From Candidatus Nitrosotenuis cloacae (GTDB taxonomy: Archaea > Thermoproteota > Nitrososphaeria > Nitrososphaerales > Nitrosopumilaceae): a stretch of 32,000 nt of DNA. Each line of letters starts with the position of its first letter. The first letter of the stretch is position 1. Location: contig NZ_CP011097.1 of the NCBI RefSeq assembly GCF_000955905.1, positions 894,582 to 926,581 on the forward strand, written 5' to 3'. Position numbers and translations under genes: made by a program. Below, piece by piece: positions 31,218-32,000 of the stretch. A model generated the notes under the pieces. That model had not been told where the DNA came from. It worked only from the letters and a program-made list of their open reading frames with translations, and did no database searches.

Positions 31218-32000
31218 GCAGTACCAGATCCCTCAGTGAATTAAACCACTTTTCATGTGCCTTATCAACCCTTAGTTTGACAATCCGTTTTTTTTGATTT
31301 GAAAATATGATTTCATTTCCTTGGAATGTGCCGATTTTTGCATGATTTACTTTGGCCTTTTTCAGATCATCCAATACGGAATCTAGATTTGATCTTTCCA
31401 CCACCAAAAGATATCTAGAGTGGCTCTCAGAAAATAACAGTTTAGCATTGTCTAGTTTTTCTTGTGGAATGTCTTGGAGTGACACCACACAGCCAATCTG
31501 GCTAGTCATAGATAGTTCTGATATGGCAACTGCTAGTCCGCCCTTTGCGCAATCATGAGCCGCTCGCACCTTTTGCTTTTGGATTATAGCTAGTACTGTA
31601 TTCATGTTCTTTTTTGATTCGGCCAGACTGATCTTTGGTGCCTTACCTCCAATGAAGTCATGAATGTGTTCATAGTATTCCGAGCCTCCGAGCTCGTCCT
31701 TTGTCACACCAATCATGACAAGTGCGTCACCTGACTCGATTTTTTGCGGTTTGAGCGGGGTTTTTTCTATCAGACCTAACACGCCAATCAATGGGGTCGG
31801 CTTGATTGGACCTTGCGGTGTTTCATTGTATAGGCTGACCTTTCCGCCAACGCATGGAATATCAAAGAATTTGCAAAACTCGGTGATTCCCTTTAGTGAT
31901 TGCAAAAAGGTCCAAAAAATTTCTGGATTTTCTGGATTGCCAAACTGTAAATGATCAACCATTCCAATTGGCGATGCACCAGTACAGACAACATTTCTGC
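31210..32000 (-). CDS. purL: phosphoribosylformylglycinamidine synthase II, C-terminal part (5-prime end beyond the window)
   Basis: The frame is open to the window edge. LQFGNPENPE, CVGGKVSLYNET and AAHDCAKGGLAVA are typical of PurL. The stop overlaps the purF start by 8 nt. Confidence 0.85.
   Translation of the reverse strand, partial: RNVVCTGASPIGMVDHLQFGNPENPEIFWTFLQSLKGITEFCKFFDIPCVGGKVSLYNETPQGPIKPTPLIGVLGLIEKTPLKPQKIESGDALVMIGVTKDELGGSEYYEHIHDFIGGKAPKISLAESKKNMNTVLAIIQKQKVRAAHDCAKGGLAVAISELSMTSQIGCVVSLQDIPQEKLDNAKLLFSESHSRYLLVVERSNLDSVLDDLKKAKVNHAKIGTFQGNEIIFSNQKKRIVKLRVDKAHEKWFNSLRDLVLHG

Noticed and set aside
1-32000. CRISPR arrays, transposases/IS elements, integrases, prophage or defence-island content, and rRNA genes
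   Set aside because: I scanned the ORF translations and repeats and found none. Composition appears uniformly AT-rich with no obvious foreign island.

Overview
AT-rich archaeal chromosomal segment. The gene content (eS4, RNase P Rpp29, a Zn-ribbon uS14, an ESCRT-III/CdvB homologue, many extracytoplasmic thiol-redox proteins, and TATA-like boxes just upstream of start codons) points to a marine ammonia-oxidising thaumarchaeon of the Nitrosopumilus type. That lineage call is inference from memory of these families, not a search result. Order of features: DsbA-like and YkgJ-like pair; HMG-CoA synthase plus an unknown ORF; biotin cluster (bioD divergent from bioA-bioB-bioF); split DipZ-like module (ccdA plus thioredoxin/C-terminal domain); CdvB paralogue with two unknown genes; three paralogous small secreted Cys-motif proteins; Nudix hydrolase; membrane protein; Zn-ribbon protein; tRNA-Asn(GUU); a 16-gene minus-strand ribosomal-protein/Rpp29 cluster (uL3 to uL6) preceded by psmA and a SPOUT/DUF171-like gene; DUF371 gene; ArsR-type regulator; purC; a secreted beta-propeller dehydrogenase-like protein; a GT-C glycosyltransferase; and purL(partial)-purF-RAM-domain genes. 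I found no CRISPR array, transposase, integrase or rRNA. Most of the window looks like core genome, and I see no convincing multi-gene novel system. The observations most worth follow-up are: (1) a 24-nt near-perfect palindrome, TTTCAnAATTCGArTTTwGAAATA, present in 4 good copies and 1 degenerate copy, always just 3-prime of minus-strand genes or the tRNA; (2) the paralogous trio of small secreted proteins sharing AEA and VCGDQ(L/I)C motifs; (3) a GC-rich inverted and direct repeat structure in the 13.0-13.3 kb intergenic region. All product calls come from motif recognition by eye, since no database search was possible.
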